A DNA stretch of 64,000 nt. Source: Squalus acanthias (Eukaryota). The stretch is taken from NCBI GenBank assembly GCA_030390025.1, contig CM059433.1, positions 19,842,001-19,906,000 of the forward strand. The letters run 5' to 3'. The translations under genes were made by a program, and so were the position numbers. Positions 1 through 12,969 of this stretch are shown one piece after another (position 1 is the first letter of the stretch; each line of letters opens with the position of its first letter). The notes beneath the pieces are model-generated. The model was not told the DNA's origin, searched no databases, and worked only from the letters and a program-made list of their open reading frames with translations.

Positions 1-774
1 AACTGGGCAGATTCCAGAGCACTGGGAGCTGGGACTTATTGAAGCCCTTTTCTTTTGAGCAATTCTGTGACGTATATCTCTCGCTTCTCTACTGCTTGTA
101 GCAAGCTTACTCAACACCAGGAAGGCTTGTGCAATATTTGCAATTGTATATAAAATGACATCAGCTTAGTCTCAGCGGTGGTATGAAGGTCTGGGAATGT
201 TTTGGCTCCAGGGATAGGAAGTGGCAGAATGGCAGTGTTTATCAGATTAGTAATTACACAGAAACAAGGAGAACGAGAGATCCTATACGGAGAGTTCTAG
301 GCAAGCGATGATGTGGGGAGGGCGTGGATTGTTCAAATTTGTAATTGTTAGCAGCACAGCGGGTCAACGGCAATTCGGCTGATTTACAGTCGGTGGTATG
401 AGGTTGCTCGAGATCAGAATGAAAACATGAAAGGAAGCAGGATATGGTACGGCACAGAGCACTGGCGCACCAACACGCAGCTCAATTAAGTGGTGAGAAA
501 AATGAGAGGAAGTGCTATCACTCGGCCTCTAAGCAGGCCAGTTCAGAATGGCATTGGCCGAAGTTTGAGAGCCGTTTGCCCACCTGTGCTCCTGGCCACG
601 GTTTATGCATTGTCAGGGAAGGAAAGGCAGATGATAATTTCCAAACAAAGTGAGAATCGTACCATACAAAAAAAAACTTCAAATGTGTTCTCTTGAGTTT
701 TGGTTTAAGCAATGGGAAATAATTGAAGGAAATAAGAAGAACAAGGAAGAGGAAAAGGTAAAAGAAAACAAAAT

Positions 775-1381
775 GAACATAAGAACGTAAGACGTAGGAG
801 CAGGAGTAGATCATTTGGCCCCTCGAGCCTGTTCCACCATTCAATAAGATCATGGCTGATCTGATCTTGGCCTCAACTCCACTTCCCTGCCCGCTCCCCA
901 TAACCCTTGACTCCCTTACCATTCAAAAATCTGTCTATCTCCACCTTAAATATATTCAATGACCCAGCCTCCACAGCTCTCTGGGGAAGAGAATTCCAAA
1001 GATTCACGACCCTCTGAGAGAAGGAATTCCTCCTCATTTCCGATTTAAAAGGATGTCCCCTTATTCTGAAATTATGCCCCCTAGTTCTAGATTCCCCCAC
1101 GAGGGGAAACATCCTCTCTGCATCTACCCTGTCAAGCCCCTTCAGAATCTTATGTGTTTCAATAAGATCCCCTCTCATTCTTCTAAACGCCAATGAGTAT
1201 CGGCCCAACCTGCTCAACCTTTCTTCATAAGACAACCCCTTCATCTCCGGAATCAACCTCGTGAACTTTCTCTGAACTGCCTCCAATGCAAGTATATCCT
1301 TCCTTAAATAAGGAGACCAAAACTGTACGCAGTACTGCAGGTGTGGTCTCACCAACGCCCTGTACAGTTGTAACAGGACTT
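775..1381 (-). mobile_element. CR1 LINE 3' fragment (RT C-terminus + 3' UTR tail)
   Basis: ORF 873..1463(-) contains LYRALVRPHLQYCVQFWSP...RRMRGDLIETHKIL...FSQRVVNLWNSLP; short tandem tail (aacataagaacgtaag) at the 3' end. Confidence 0.95.
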
Positions 1382-2394
1382 CATGAAGAAATTTAAAAAA
1401 ATATATCTGGCAGTTTACTGCAGTGCATTTGTCAGTGAAGTAATACTTGGAAAGACATTCCAAACATTAAAAAAACTCATAATTCTGCAGGTAAATTCCT
1501 CCATGAAGAAAGAAATCTTATTTATTAAAAGTGTCTGACCTTTAGTGGGTACCTTCTGACAGCACAATCTTCAGAGAGCACTGATTGTGTAATAAATAGG
1601 GCAAAATAGATAATGTGCATATACAATTATTCATGACCAGCTTACTTGAGACTAATATCTTGGCTTGGCTGCACAAATTTCACCTTCATATTTCAGTATA
1701 TCCTTTTGCAAACTAGGTTCATTCATGAACCCAAGTTCTGTGGGAAGTTGTGTAACAGCACTGCAGTTTACAGACAGCACACTGTGCTGTCACCTGGCCC
1801 GTGAAGGATTGCAGACTGCAGTTGATGTTTGATTTTCTTCACAACAGAAGAGAGCATAATTTAGAGGACCTAGGAGTAAATAGTCTATGCTTACCATTTT
1901 TGAAAGCGCTGAGTTCCCCTTTAAGTGTAATTTGTCTTCAAATATCTGTTTGTCTTTTCAACCGAAACATGTACCTTGACCTGGTGAATGAAAAACTGCT
2001 GCCGGTGCAAATCTGCCATTCACAGTATCTAATCCTTTAGAACCTCCTATTGTCGTTGCCATTTTTTAAACTTTTAGGTAATGCCAGTTTGTGGATTAGC
2101 GGTAATTAATTTTACAAAAATAGCTGAAATTCACTTTTTTTTCCTAATTTGAATGAATGGTTATATTTTAGTTGTTAATAGAATATTAAATAATTGATGT
2201 TGAGATATTAAAATCTTAGAGCAGTAATGCTTGCCTGTGCTAAAATTGAACATTTGAGGGAGCCAAATGCAACGTAATTTAGAATAAAACTTAATGCTTT
2301 TGCATTTTGTAAACCATGTGCTTTCCGTTGTTACTTTGATGCCTTTTGCTTTTTTTAAATGTTCTTTTCTCTTCTTTTGAAGTGGTGCCTAGTG

Positions 2395-2650
2395 GTTGGT
2401 ACATTTGCACTGAGACTGCAGGCCTCCATTCTGTCACCTAAGTGCCCATTCTTCAAGTTCAAACCTAAATATTAAGTAATGGCAGGCTGTTCAAGGATGG
2501 CTGACATCATAAGCAATTTCAGCAACCATAAATGTACGCTTTGCAGCAAGGGTCACTGGATAGTGATCAGGATTGTGAATTCTTGATGGTTTTATTTTCT
2601 CCTTCTGAGCCTAAGGCAACGGGACCTGACTGCTAATTTGGCTGATATTA
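2395..2650 (-). repeat. Old SINE-like repeat, related to 5640-5730 and 50960-51175
   Basis: Shared segments (cagcaagggtcactgga vs cagcaggggtcactgaa); highly diverged. Confidence 0.35.
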
Positions 2651-2654
2651 CAAA

Positions 2655-2979
2655 GAATAGACAGCAAAGAAACAGGCCATTCGGCCCAACCAGTCCATGC
2701 CGGCGTTTATGCTCCACACGAGCCTCCTTCCATCCTTCCTCATCTACCTCTGTCAGCGTAACCCTCTATTCCTCTCTCCCTCATTTGCTTGTCTAGCCTC
2801 CCCTTAAATGCATCTAGACTATTCGCCTCAACCACTCCCTGTGGTAGCGAGTTCCACATTCTCACCACTCTCTGAGTAAAGACGTTTCTTCTGAATTCCT
2901 TATTTGATTTCTTGGTCACTATCTTTTATATTGATGGCCTCTAGTTTTGATCTTTCCCACAAGTGGAAACACTCTCTCT
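2655..2979 (-). mobile_element. CR1 LINE 3' end, second subfamily
   Basis: Reverse strand encodes ERVFPLVGKIKTRGHQYK...; tail ggccattcggcccaaccagtccatgccgg matches the 25705-26515 copy. Confidence 0.9.
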
Positions 2980-4570
2980 GGCCGTGATTTCGCCAGCCGT
3001 GGCGAGGAGCAAACAGTGGCCTCAAACTCCGCACCCGTCTTCATCCCGCCTCCTCCAAGTGATTTTGCCCTGATTGGGCCTGTTAAGCCCGCCCTGCGAG
3101 GTTCCCGGCCAATTAAAAGGACTGATGACGTCATCTGATCACGTGTCATCAGCCGGTTTTCTTAAAGGAGCCATGTCTACATTCATTTTGTCAGTGATCT
3201 GAAGCATTGAGGTGCTGCAAACACTGACAAGCACTGCACGGCTGCACCCAGGCTCTCCCATGACTCCCTCCATATGCTTATGGAGGGAGTCACAGCACGC
3301 AGGGAGGTTCTCTTCCCTTCCCATGGGCAGAAGGCACCTCCCCAGGAGACCAACGCAACCTGGTTGCACATTGCACAGGAGGACACAAGCAGGGATGTCA
3401 TCAGGAGGACCAGGCTGCAGTGACGCAAACCTTTCAATGATCTCAGCAGATCACGAAACGTTACTGCCAAGCCACACTGAACCTCATCCTGCTGTGCCAC
3501 TCATCACATCCCCATTACTCTGTCTTCCCTACCCTACTCCTGCACATCTTTACTCACACCAACTTACCTTACACCTCACCCATCCCTCTCTATCTACATT
3601 ATCACTTCGCCATCTCACTAGCCACCCCTCACACTCACCCTCATCCTACTGCAAGCATACCAACTAACAACACACAAGGGTAGGCACTTGGGTGTTTTAG
3701 CCAATGTTCATGTGAAGTTTCTGGTAATGTGTTGTCAAACATTGAAATCTTTATTTTCAACACTTTGCGTTCTTGGACAGATTTGTGTGCACCTTTGGAA
3801 GTGGCTTAGTGAGTTGCAGTGAATGGTGAGACATAACCGTACCCCCTGCAATGGTAATGAGTGTGAAAGGAATGGCTTGGACATTGTAGGGATGCTTTAT
3901 GGTGTTGGTGTGGGATGTTGCCAACCTGGTGCATCATGTGGCAGCTAGGGTGTTCAGTGTTAAGTGAAGCAAATCTGGCCATGGTGAGGCCATCGCTGGC
4001 ATCCCGGGCAGCAATGTGCATGGGTGATGATGCCATGTGTCCAGTGCAGCATCAGTTGATTGTGGAGAAGGTTGGTGTGGATGTTGGTGCTGCTGGTGTG
4101 CCCGGTGCTGCTGGTGTTGGGGCTGATCGTGTTGGGATTCTGAGGACCAAAGTGAAATTTTTTCAAGGGCACCGATGCTGATGGAATAGATGGCAGGTGA
4201 GGTTGAGATGACAGAAGTAATCTGCCAATGTTGAGATAGGTTGTTCCAAGGATAGAGAAATTACTCCAAACACCTCAAAAGTGCATAAAACTCAAAAGTG
4301 GGTTCCAAATCATTAATGCTCCAGCTTCTGACATTGGAAAGTGACCAGCTGCAAAATGGTAGCTTTTATACCACTTTTGCAGCTGTCACCGATTCAAAGA
4401 AATGGAGAGTTGTTCAGAACCTGACATACTTACCTGGCGTGATCCCCAAGCGACGGGAACCTCGTGGAAAACTTGGGAAAATGCTTTGTACCTGGTAAAA
4501 TGGTGATTAAATTGCTTGAAACACCCTCTTAACCAGCACAATAGTGCCAGGTCTGCAAAGCACAGGCAGA
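2980..4570 (+). mobile_element. Internally deleted PIF/Harbinger element with Myb/SANT remnant
   Basis: Left end ggccgtgatttcg resembles the TIR of 23024. 3241-3450 translates AAPRLSHDSLHMLMEGVTARREVLFP...WLHIAQE...RTRLQ*RKPFNDL (Myb/SANT). Minus strand near 3960-4020 reads AARDASDGLTMARF, like the transposase C-terminus. Confidence 0.75.
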
Positions 4571-4574
4571 GCCA

Positions 4575-5230
4575 ACTAGCTATCAGCCAACTAGCTATCC
4601 ATTCTGCCACTTGTCCCCTGACTCTGCATGTTCTGACCTTATTCATTAGTCTATTTTGTGGCACCTGATTAAAAGCCTTTTGGAAATCTAGATAAATTAC
4701 ATCTACTACATTACCCTTGTCTACTCTCTCTGTTACCTCTTCAAAGAATTCAATGAGGTTGGTCAAGCAAGACTTTCCCTTTAGAAATCAATGCTGACTA
4801 TTCATTATTATATTTTTGGTTTCTAGATGTTCTTCTATTTTCTCATTTAGTAGAAATTCCATTAGTGTCCTACCACTGATGTTAAGCTGACTGGTCTATA
4901 GTTCCCTGGACATGTTCTAGCTCCCTTCTTAAATATAGGTATTGCGTTAGCTATCCGTCAGTCCTCTGGCCCTACACCTTGTTCTAACGAATTATTAAAT
5001 ATGTGCAATGTTGCCTCTAGATTCTTTTAAAATGGATGGATGCAATCTGTCTTGACCAGGGTTTTTTTTCGTCTTTGAGTTTGAATCATTTATTTAATAT
5101 TTTTCCTCTTTTTATTTTAAATGTGGTTATATCATTTCTAATCACATATTTCGATGCCAAGTCCACCTGATCTGTCTCCCTGTTAAATACTGAAGCAAAG
5201 TAATTATTTAATAATTCTCCCATTTCGCTA
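4575..5230 (-). mobile_element. CR1 LINE ORF2 (RT) fragment
   Basis: ORF 4386..4766(-): TNLIEFFEEVTERVDKGNVVDVIYLDFQKAFNQVP. Confidence 0.9.
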
Positions 5231-5404
5231 TCGCTATCAGAAAACTCAATTACATTGGCGAGCGAACCAGGGACTTACCTGGTCTGCATTTTTATATCTC
5301 ATTCACTTAGGTTTGTTGCTGCTAAAAATTCCAGTCAGAAAGCCAATGGGTAAAGCCACCATGTGTCAAACAGGGGAAGATTTCTTCTGTGCACTATGTG
5401 CAAT

Positions 5405-5570
5405 GGGGTGGAAATTGGTCTCGGGCGGCAGAGCAAAACGGGCGATAGCGAATTGGCAGCTCGTTTTACATTCATGTCCACTGATGTCAATCGAAAAGAA
5501 AATTGGGCGGAATATAAAATGATTCCCTATCGGCCACTTTGCAATACCACCCAAGACAAATTTCTACCCC
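5405..5570. mobile_element. Short palindromic Harbinger-type MITE
   Basis: Ends ggggtggaaatt / aatttctacccc; imperfect inverted symmetry throughout; flanks aat/agt. Confidence 0.75.
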
Positions 5571-5639
5571 AGTGAAATTACAAATAGGTTTATTTTATTA
5601 TACATATTGCACAAGAAGTCTTCCTACGCAGGCTTGAAA

Positions 5640-5730
5640 AATCCCACAATTCAATCCCTGGTCTGTGCTGAGTTAGTCATTCTCAGCCTGGGAAGCTGGT
5701 CGGGATGCTATAATTGTCTCAGTGGACTCT
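5640..5730 (+). repeat. Old SINE-like fragment
   Basis: tcaatccctggtctgtgctgagttagtc...; reverse-complement similarity to 51100-51170. Confidence 0.35.
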
Positions 5731-6341
5731 GTGGAAAAATATACACCCCTAGTTAAAAATAATGTTGCACACAATAATTTATATATAACAGTTCGAAAAT
5801 TAGTGCTCATTTACAATGAAACCTATGCTTCGTGGCTTTCTCGTCACTTCTTTATTTGATTGAGAGGGGCTTGTGAAATTTATTAATGGGGTGAAATGCA
5901 CTGATAATTCCTCTAACATTCCTGGGAGGCTCTGTCAACGACACATTGGAAACAGGCAGCCAGCTCGTGTAAAAAACTGCTGAGGAGGTCACACGTGCCA
6001 AGAAGGAAGTAAATTAGGCATTGTATCTGCTCTTCATTTCTTTAGTTGTTGATGAAAAGAAATATAGCATCGTCGCCAGGTCTGGTTCAAGAGGCTTGTT
6101 CTTTTCCAGCAATCAATTTAGCTATTCTCTGTTGCAAGCAGGAGGTTCCAGCAAATGTTTTGTTCAAAACATCAATAAATGCAGGGGAGTAAGCTCTTTT
6201 GGGGGTTAGTTTTTCCGGTTTGATTTCCTCATTGAATACACTGAGGGTACTTTTGTTTCAGAACCATTGTATTACAAGTAAGGAAAACCATTCATCGTTG
6301 AGTGGCTTTGCAGATCAAAGGATGGCTGAAGTAGAATCCTC

Positions 6342-6948
6342 GGGGTAGATTTCAATTTTTGGGTGGCCAACTGGCGGAGCATGCTGCCCGACTGCTCGCC
6401 CACCCGCCGACCAGCCCAATTTGAGGCCCGGGCTTCATTTAAATAGAACCAGGAAGTTGTGGGCTCCAAATCGGGTGTCTGGGTGCAGCTCACCGGATTT
6501 GGACTTGTGCGAATATCAGGCTGCCCAGAAGTCACCCGGCCATCGGCACGCTAAGTCCTGGGGGGGGGTGTGAGGTGGCGATGTCGGAGGGGGAGATGCC
6601 CGGAGCGGCAGCGGCTCAGATTATTTTGTGTCCTGTCCTTGTGGCCGCACAGAAGTAATTTAAATCTTTGACCTTTTTGGTGCCGCTTTGGTTGCACCAC
6701 CCGTAAAGCTGGTTGGAGTGCGCAGTGGCGCATGCTCCGACCACTTCTGTCGTAAATTGACAATCGGGGTCCTGTCCATAATTTGCATATTTAAAGGGGC
6801 CTGTCACCTGAAGCAGGCGGGCACTTCGCCCATGTAAAACTGGCGGTGACTGAAGCATCAATGTTAATGGCGGCGGTAAGTCTACCAACCCCATTTTGAG
6901 GTTGCCACTGCCCTGTTAACGCCGGTTTTGACAAGTTCAAATTGCCCC
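6342..6948. mobile_element. Harbinger-type MITE (degenerate TIRs)
   Basis: ggggtagatttcaa ... ttcaaattgcccc; GC/CpG-rich interior with the tttaaagggg motif shared with other MITEs here. Confidence 0.6.
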
Positions 6949-6949
6949 G

Positions 6950-7165
6950 CTTGCCTCAGTTGCTATTCCAGCTTACCCATCCAAAGACCATCCCTTTTGT
7001 TCTTTTATTCCTCCCCCCAGCCTCCCCCTTGCATTTTTATCTGTTTATTTCTTGCTCTCTCAGTTCCGACGAAGGGTTTCGACCTGAAACGTTAACTCTC
7101 TTTCTCTCTCCACGGATGTTGCCTGGCCTGCTGAGTTTTTCCAGCGTTTTCTGTTGTTATTTCAA
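6950..7165 (+). mobile_element. Penelope-like element terminal (pLTR) fragment with degenerate hammerhead motif
   Basis: cagttccgacgaagggtttcgacctgaaacgttaact...gttgcctggcctgctgagtttttccagc. Confidence 0.7.
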
Positions 7166-8458
7166 TATTTTGTTGTTAGTGGGACCATGATTTGGAGCAG
7201 TATCTGCTGCTCTCTACCCTTCAGCTAATTGCTTTTCAATCCCAAGGCTTTCCTTTCAATCCTCACTGCTTCAGGACTGAACAGTAACCTTTCATGCTGG
7301 ATTCAATCTCTTAACCCGTATCTTCACTTGACTAGAATTAGGTGAGGTTTGACCACTTGTAAACTTCACTACAATTCAAACAGTGATCTGCTGCAAATGG
7401 ACCAAATGGGTGTTGGATTTTGACAGTGTGTCTGTGAATAGCTGCGAATATTGTGCAGCTCTGAGGTACCTTTTTCACACCATTTATTATGTTGGTAAAT
7501 TTAGAAATGGTTCAATACTATTGTGATCCAGACCAGTTCCAAGGTACAATGGTTTACAAGTGTGGATTCATTTTCAATTAGATAAAATTCCTGGGGATTT
7601 GCTGGCATTCTCCTTCAAAAGGGGATCCATAGGCAGAGCATATATCATCGCATTGTCGACTTTGCCACTGTGATGTACAGTCGACGCCTCTTAATTCAAC
7701 GTCGTGGGCAGTGCATGCCTGCGAGTTACCTCCTCAATAGTTCTTTTATTTCTCCTTTAATTATTTGGATTTTTTTTGCTTGTTTTGGGCTGCACATTTT
7801 TACTTAATATGGTGACCCAACTTGGAGATCAGAATCCTTTTTAATCCTGTGTCTCTCCAATCTGCATGTTGCTGCTTTTGTATCATTTTGTTTCTCGCTG
7901 TGAGGCACTTACCAGCCTCATTCTATCCACCCTGTGTAATACTGCATTACTCCCTGCCCCTCGATTGCACAGTTCTCCTGGGATGCATGCCAATTCTCAG
8001 GTTGTGTTTCTGATTACTTTGTTAAAACTATCAGCCTGATTTGTGGGAGTATTTTTGCATTCGCCTGCTAAGACCATTAGCCCCTGCTCTGTACAATGAG
8101 CTTTTGCTTCTGTGCACATTTGCAAGGGCTTAATTGCCTTGTTAATGCCCTTGCTTTGCTGAGCCTCTACCAGTTATCGCATTTTTCAGTAATGTTTAAT
8201 AGATTCCTTCACACCCTCCCTCAGCTTCTGTCCGCCCTGGATGTAACGCTGTTTTTACGCATCATCACAGGTGGCAGGGAACTTTTTTCACACCATACCT
8301 TTCTTTCATGGACTAAATCTCCCGATGTGAAAAATAAATATGATAAGACACAGGCCTTTCTTGTTCGAGTTCTGTGTCCGTAGGTAGAATATTTCCCCCC
8401 CGCAGAATGATTGCTATGATGACTAATACAAATCTGCAAAGGAATACTTCGGTACCCT

Positions 8459-9179
8459 GGGCAGGAAATTCCGCTCGATTGCGCTGGTTTTTTCAGCGCA
8501 GTTCGCCCGACATCGGCCAAATCAACGCAAAAGGTCGCGGAATTTTAAGTGCAAATCGAGTTTCTGTGATCTTTTGCGCTAGTTTAAAAAACATGGCGCT
8601 GGAAGCCGGCCCTGCCCACAAATCTAGCCACGCCCCCGGATCGAATGAATCACCATTGGGAGTTTCCGCTAATTGCACCCGTTTGCGGGCCTTCGAGGAG
8701 GCTCTTAAAATTAAGCTGGTGTTTTTAGGCGCAAGGACACTAATAGGCACCTTTTAAAAGCTTATAAATATTATTTTTTTAATTTACTAAGAAACTGACT
8801 ACTGTACACCAATATAACTAGCAAATGGTTCTGTATAGTTCTTTAAAGTCATTTTCAGTTATTTACAATCGGTTACTCACAGGTGGTGGACGAGACACTC
8901 TGATTAAAATTATTTTTTGCAATAAGCCCATTTTCAGCTCGATTAATCAAACTGCACCAAGTTACCACTCTTAAATATATCAAGGAATATTTTTAATGCA
9001 ATTTTTAAAAAAAATTTACGTTCTAAAACGCTGCCCAATTGTGCTGGTTCATGGCAGATTTACGGTCGGCGAATGCAAATGAGTTAGAGAGAAAAAAAAA
9101 CACTTTTGAAAACTAGCGCAATTTTGAGCGCAATTTGTGCCCTGATTGCCGATTGCTCCCAAAGCGGAAACTCCAGGCC
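8459..9179. mobile_element. Harbinger-type MITE
   Basis: gggcaggaaattccgct / agcggaaactccaggcc inverted ends; flanks cct/act. Confidence 0.65.
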
Positions 9180-9349
9180 ACTATGTCCCATTGCTTTGCT
9201 GCATCCATATTCACTTTGCTTGTTGACTGTTGCAAAGCACTATTTTGCAGTAAAATGTTTTATCGTATGCTTAAACGACCCATACAAAATTGAAAAAAAT
9301 AACTGTATCCACAAACATGGGATCAACTTTCTTAAGTATACCAATGATA

Positions 9350-9481
9350 CATAACTCAACCTCTCTACCTTCAGCCTTGATTTCATGACCTCTACCGAGC
9401 TGTCTGATTGTGTCCCTGGCATCAAGTCTTGCATGAGCCAGATCATTCTCCAGCTCAACCTTAGCAAGACCAAAGCCATTC
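9350..9481 (+). mobile_element. L2 LINE RT fragment
   Basis: Reads DT*LNLS...LSDCVPGIKSCMSQIILQLNLSKTKAI, matching the L2 motif DDTQLYLS...LSDI..WM..NFLQLN..KT. Confidence 0.7.
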
Positions 9482-10281
9482 TGAGTGAGGAGAGGGTGTG
9501 CTGACGGGCTTTTCCTCCTCCGCTGGCAGCTGCCTGGCGCAGGTTGTGTGTGAGCTTTTCCTGTTGGTGACAGGCTTGTGAGGTGTCTAGAGAATGTGCT
9601 TGTCATGGTAGAATAGCTGGTGTGCAGTGTGTTACATGTGAGTTGTGGGTGTGAGGGTTGGAATGGTGGTGAGTGTGAGACTGTGAGGAGAATGAGGAGG
9701 AGGGGAGTATTGCGAGTAGTGAGGCTGGAGGTGTGAGCAGAGAGTAAGAGAGCAGTATTGTTGCCTTGACGACTCTGATGAGATCATTGACCTCTTTGTG
9801 GCATTGCAGTCATATCCTTGGTGCTAAGCTGCTGGCATTCACATGCTCTACTGCCTCTTCTCACTGTCATCGGAGTTGATGCCTGTATGGCTTCCTACCC
9901 CCTGGGGGGAAGTTGATGTCCCTCCTCTTATCCACTGCCCAGATCAGGGCCTCCAAGGCAGCATCTGAGAACCTCAGGGGCACGATCTGCTGGCTTAGCA
10001 GCCATTAATTTGCTCAGAAGTGCTTCCTTGCTTCCTCCTGCAGCCAGAGAGCAACTCCCCTTTAAGAAGTGCTGGCTGCCTTTAAGTGGTGTCAGAGACA
10101 TCCAGTATTCAGCCCCTCAAAGAGGCGAGCAGACAGTGAGTAGTGAGGGTAGCACTGGCTGCAAGCCTGAGTGATTATAATCAGCAGGCAGCACCAATAT
10201 TACGTGCTGCCGAAGTCAACATTAACAGGCACGTGCAGTGCGTGCCCCACACCCAAATGGGCGCGATTGAATTTTAGGCCC
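9482..10281 (-). mobile_element. Harbinger fragment with Myb/SANT remnant and one TIR
   Basis: Minus strand from 10005: MAAKPADRAP(fs)RFSDAALEALIWAVDKRRD...LQCHKEVNDLIRVVK; terminal gaattttaggccc. Confidence 0.75.
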
Positions 10282-10374
10282 AAGTTTCTTCTCCAGGACT
10301 CAAGACAAGCAGCCAATCATGTGGACCACCTTTAATTTCAAGCCACTTCTTTGAAGTAGACATAAAAACAATTT

Positions 10375-10512
10375 TTTTTAAATTTGTTCCTGGGATGTGG
10401 GTGTCGCTGGCAAAGCCAGCATTTATTGCCCATCCCTAATTGCCCTTGAGAAGGTGGTGGTGAGCTGCCTTCTTGAACCGCTGCAGTCCGTGTGGTGAAG
10501 GTACTCCCAATG
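10375..10512 (-). mobile_element. 3' end of a Crack/Zenon-like (CR1/L2/Jockey group) LINE
   Basis: Near-identical to 15410-15550 and 44095-44230. Confidence 0.75.
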
Positions 10513-11399
10513 TTTAGTTTATTTGTCACTTAGCTATTGTTATTTTTTATAACATATCGTTTATTATTTAAATTATATAAAACTTTTGAGATTACAGCTT
10601 TATTTCTGAAACTTTCATGAATACCACTACATACTTAAAACGCAAAGAAAGCACGCCAAAATACAAGTTCGCCAGAGTGCCATTTTCCCGAAGGACGGCA
10701 CTGTTTGGAATGCCCAGGACAAGATATAGCATTGCCCCTGTCCAGCACTGGAATGGGACAAAAGCGATACAGGAAACTTGGCCTTTAAAACTCTATCTAT
10801 TAACTTGGATACATAAACAATTTAAACATGCTGCCCCAGTAATCAAATTCGCTTTATCTTAATTGATCCCAGCTCAAATGCCAGGTCCTCTTTTTCACAG
10901 TCTTCTGTCTTTTCTAGATAAGGAAAAGCCTTAATTTTAACCTGACTGCTTCAAGCCAAACGAAACAAAAGACAGAAGTTCCAACTTTTGTCACAGGGCC
11001 TTTCCTGCTCCCCGTGACTCTGTGCATTTACCAACTAAACTACTGGGGGACCTTGAAACCGACATTTTATACACTGGTGCGTTGGCAGATAAGTGTCACA
11101 AAAGAAAGCACCTTGATAAACTTTTTACCAACTTTGGTCAATGTCGTGGACATCATATCTGTGTACGCCTGTCAATTCTCCACATAATATGGGAATGAAA
11201 ATGTAATGGTCTTGATATTTCACAGGGATTCCCCCAGTCTCCCACCGTAACTGCAACGGAAGGCCTGTGGAACCCAAATATTGCCAACTCTCACGATTCC
11301 ATCGCGAGGGACGCAATTTCAGAGTGAAATAAAGCTTCACTCGCAATCTCGTGATGGAACGCCTAAATTTCGTGATTTTTTGGGGGGGACAAAGTACAG

Positions 11400-12035
11400 G
11401 CAATTTGCGCATGCGTGGTAAATACGCGATTTGCCGTTTGGTGGGAAACGGCCTCTTCTCGTCTTGTTAGAAATGGCAGCGGCCTCTAAGTGAGTGAATG
11501 ACTAGTAGATGACAGGGGGTCAACTGTTCGTGGCAGCAAAACTGAGGGGTGGTGGCGGGGCTCAAACACCATTTTTAAATTAGCACGAGCTGCCTGGGCC
11601 CAAACCGGAGGCTGGGCCTGGGGTACCTGGGCCTACCGAGCCACCTCCTGGGGGGGATGAGCATCCCAAAGTTCACCCCTTGGCTCCACACCACAATACA
11701 GCGATTAGCAGGGGATTTTGGAGCGGGGGCAGTTAGCCCGCAAAAGTACCTGCGTCTGCCGCTGCATCCCGGAGCCGTCCACTGAAGTGCGTTTAAAGGG
11801 AGTTGGGGGAGGTAGGGAATATGGTCAGCGACTGGTGAGGGGGAGGGGGCTGGAAATGCGCCTTCTGTCGCTGCCTTACAAGTAACGCATTTTTATAACT
11901 TGCTGAGATGAACGGATGGAGTAACGACGGCTTCCGAATAGCGGAACGAATGTTGCTCTACGATGTGGCAGGAGGGACGGTTGTGACTGAAGCACATGCC
12001 GAGAGACTCGAAGGTTTGACGCTGGAGGGTAAGTG
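11400..12035 (+). promoter_or_regulatory. CpG-rich promoter-like region with candidate first-exon splice donors
   Basis: NRF1-like gcgcatgcg (about 11407), YY1-like aaatggcagc (about 11472), donors AA|gtgagt (11490) and AGG|gtaagt (12029). Part of the region may be MITE-derived. Confidence 0.35.
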
Positions 12036-12287
12036 TTTAGAGGCCCGGGAGGAAGGGGCAAACAATTCTACTAATTAGGAGACCATTTTAGCAAATAAAG
12101 ATGCCAGCAGGGGGTGTCCTGGCCTCGTTACTTGAAGATGCTGGGGACAAGCATTCGCGCAATGTTGGCAGGAGCAGAGGTAGTACACAGGTTCTACAGA
12201 CCAGATTTGAGTATACCAGAAATTTCACCTAAACCAGGTGAGCTTAAAACACAACTTCTGGGACCGAAATACCAAATGCAAACTCAT

Positions 12288-12969
12288 GGGCTGGATTTTG
12301 ATACTGGGGCGGGTTGGGGTCGTGTTATCCACTTTTCGTGTTATCCACCCGACTGCAATTGGATGTGGGAGATTGATGCGATTTTCACTTAATTGGGCAA
12401 TTGAGTTCCAGCATGTGGGAACCCATGACCCAATTAGTGTTTTCAGTCTAAAAGTCACCTCTGATGATGTCATCATTGCTGCTGCATTGAAGGTCTGCAA
12501 AGACTGCCTGGCCTTTGCTGTGAGAGGACCTGGAGGCAAAATGAGCAGCAGCAGCCCTAAGTCTGCCCCCAGATACTTTTGTTGTAGTACCACCACCGCC
12601 ACCACCACCACCACCACCACCATCATCGTGGACCTGCAGCTGATAGTCAGCTATCCAAATGTGTCCCCGCCAGGTTTCACATTCGTGGTTCAGAACAGGC
12701 GTGCTTCACATACAAAAAGGGTTAAACTCACAAAGGCCTTTCAAAATGGCATTATAGACGCAATTTAGCAATTTAGTCCTTGTTAAGAGCCTTAACAGCC
12801 TATCCCGCCTCTTAGAGGCGGGACTGGAGTCAGGACCAGCAGACACGATTTAATGAAAATTGCGTGGAGATGGGATGGAGGCAGGCTTGTGCCCGCCCGC
12901 CAGTTTTCGCAATTTTAACCCCCCACACGCCTCCAAACCCGCCTCCACGGGTCAATGAAAATTCTGCCC
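12288..12969. mobile_element. Harbinger-type MITE containing an (ACC)n tract
   Basis: gggctggattttga / tgaaaattctgccc inverted ends; (acc)n at 12589-12621. Confidence 0.65.

Noticed and set aside
380..590. Faint resemblance to a DIRS/Ngaro tyrosine-recombinase C-terminus (YGT..., GA.T.AA)
   Set aside because: Needs several frameshifts and lacks a clear HSFR/GRW motif; not supportable by eye
4425..4440. atacttacctggc, identical to the U1 snRNA 5' end
   Set aside because: The match stops after 13 nt; it is the reverse complement of a splice donor
5280..6190. Possible small exons (5311-5349 +, 6046-6188 +, minus-strand donor at 5279)
   Set aside because: Splice-like signals conflict between strands and the peptides are unrecognised; consistent with chance
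12238..12768. 176-aa ORF with poly-Thr
   Set aside because: Lies almost entirely within a MITE with an (ACC)n tract; no domain similarity recognised
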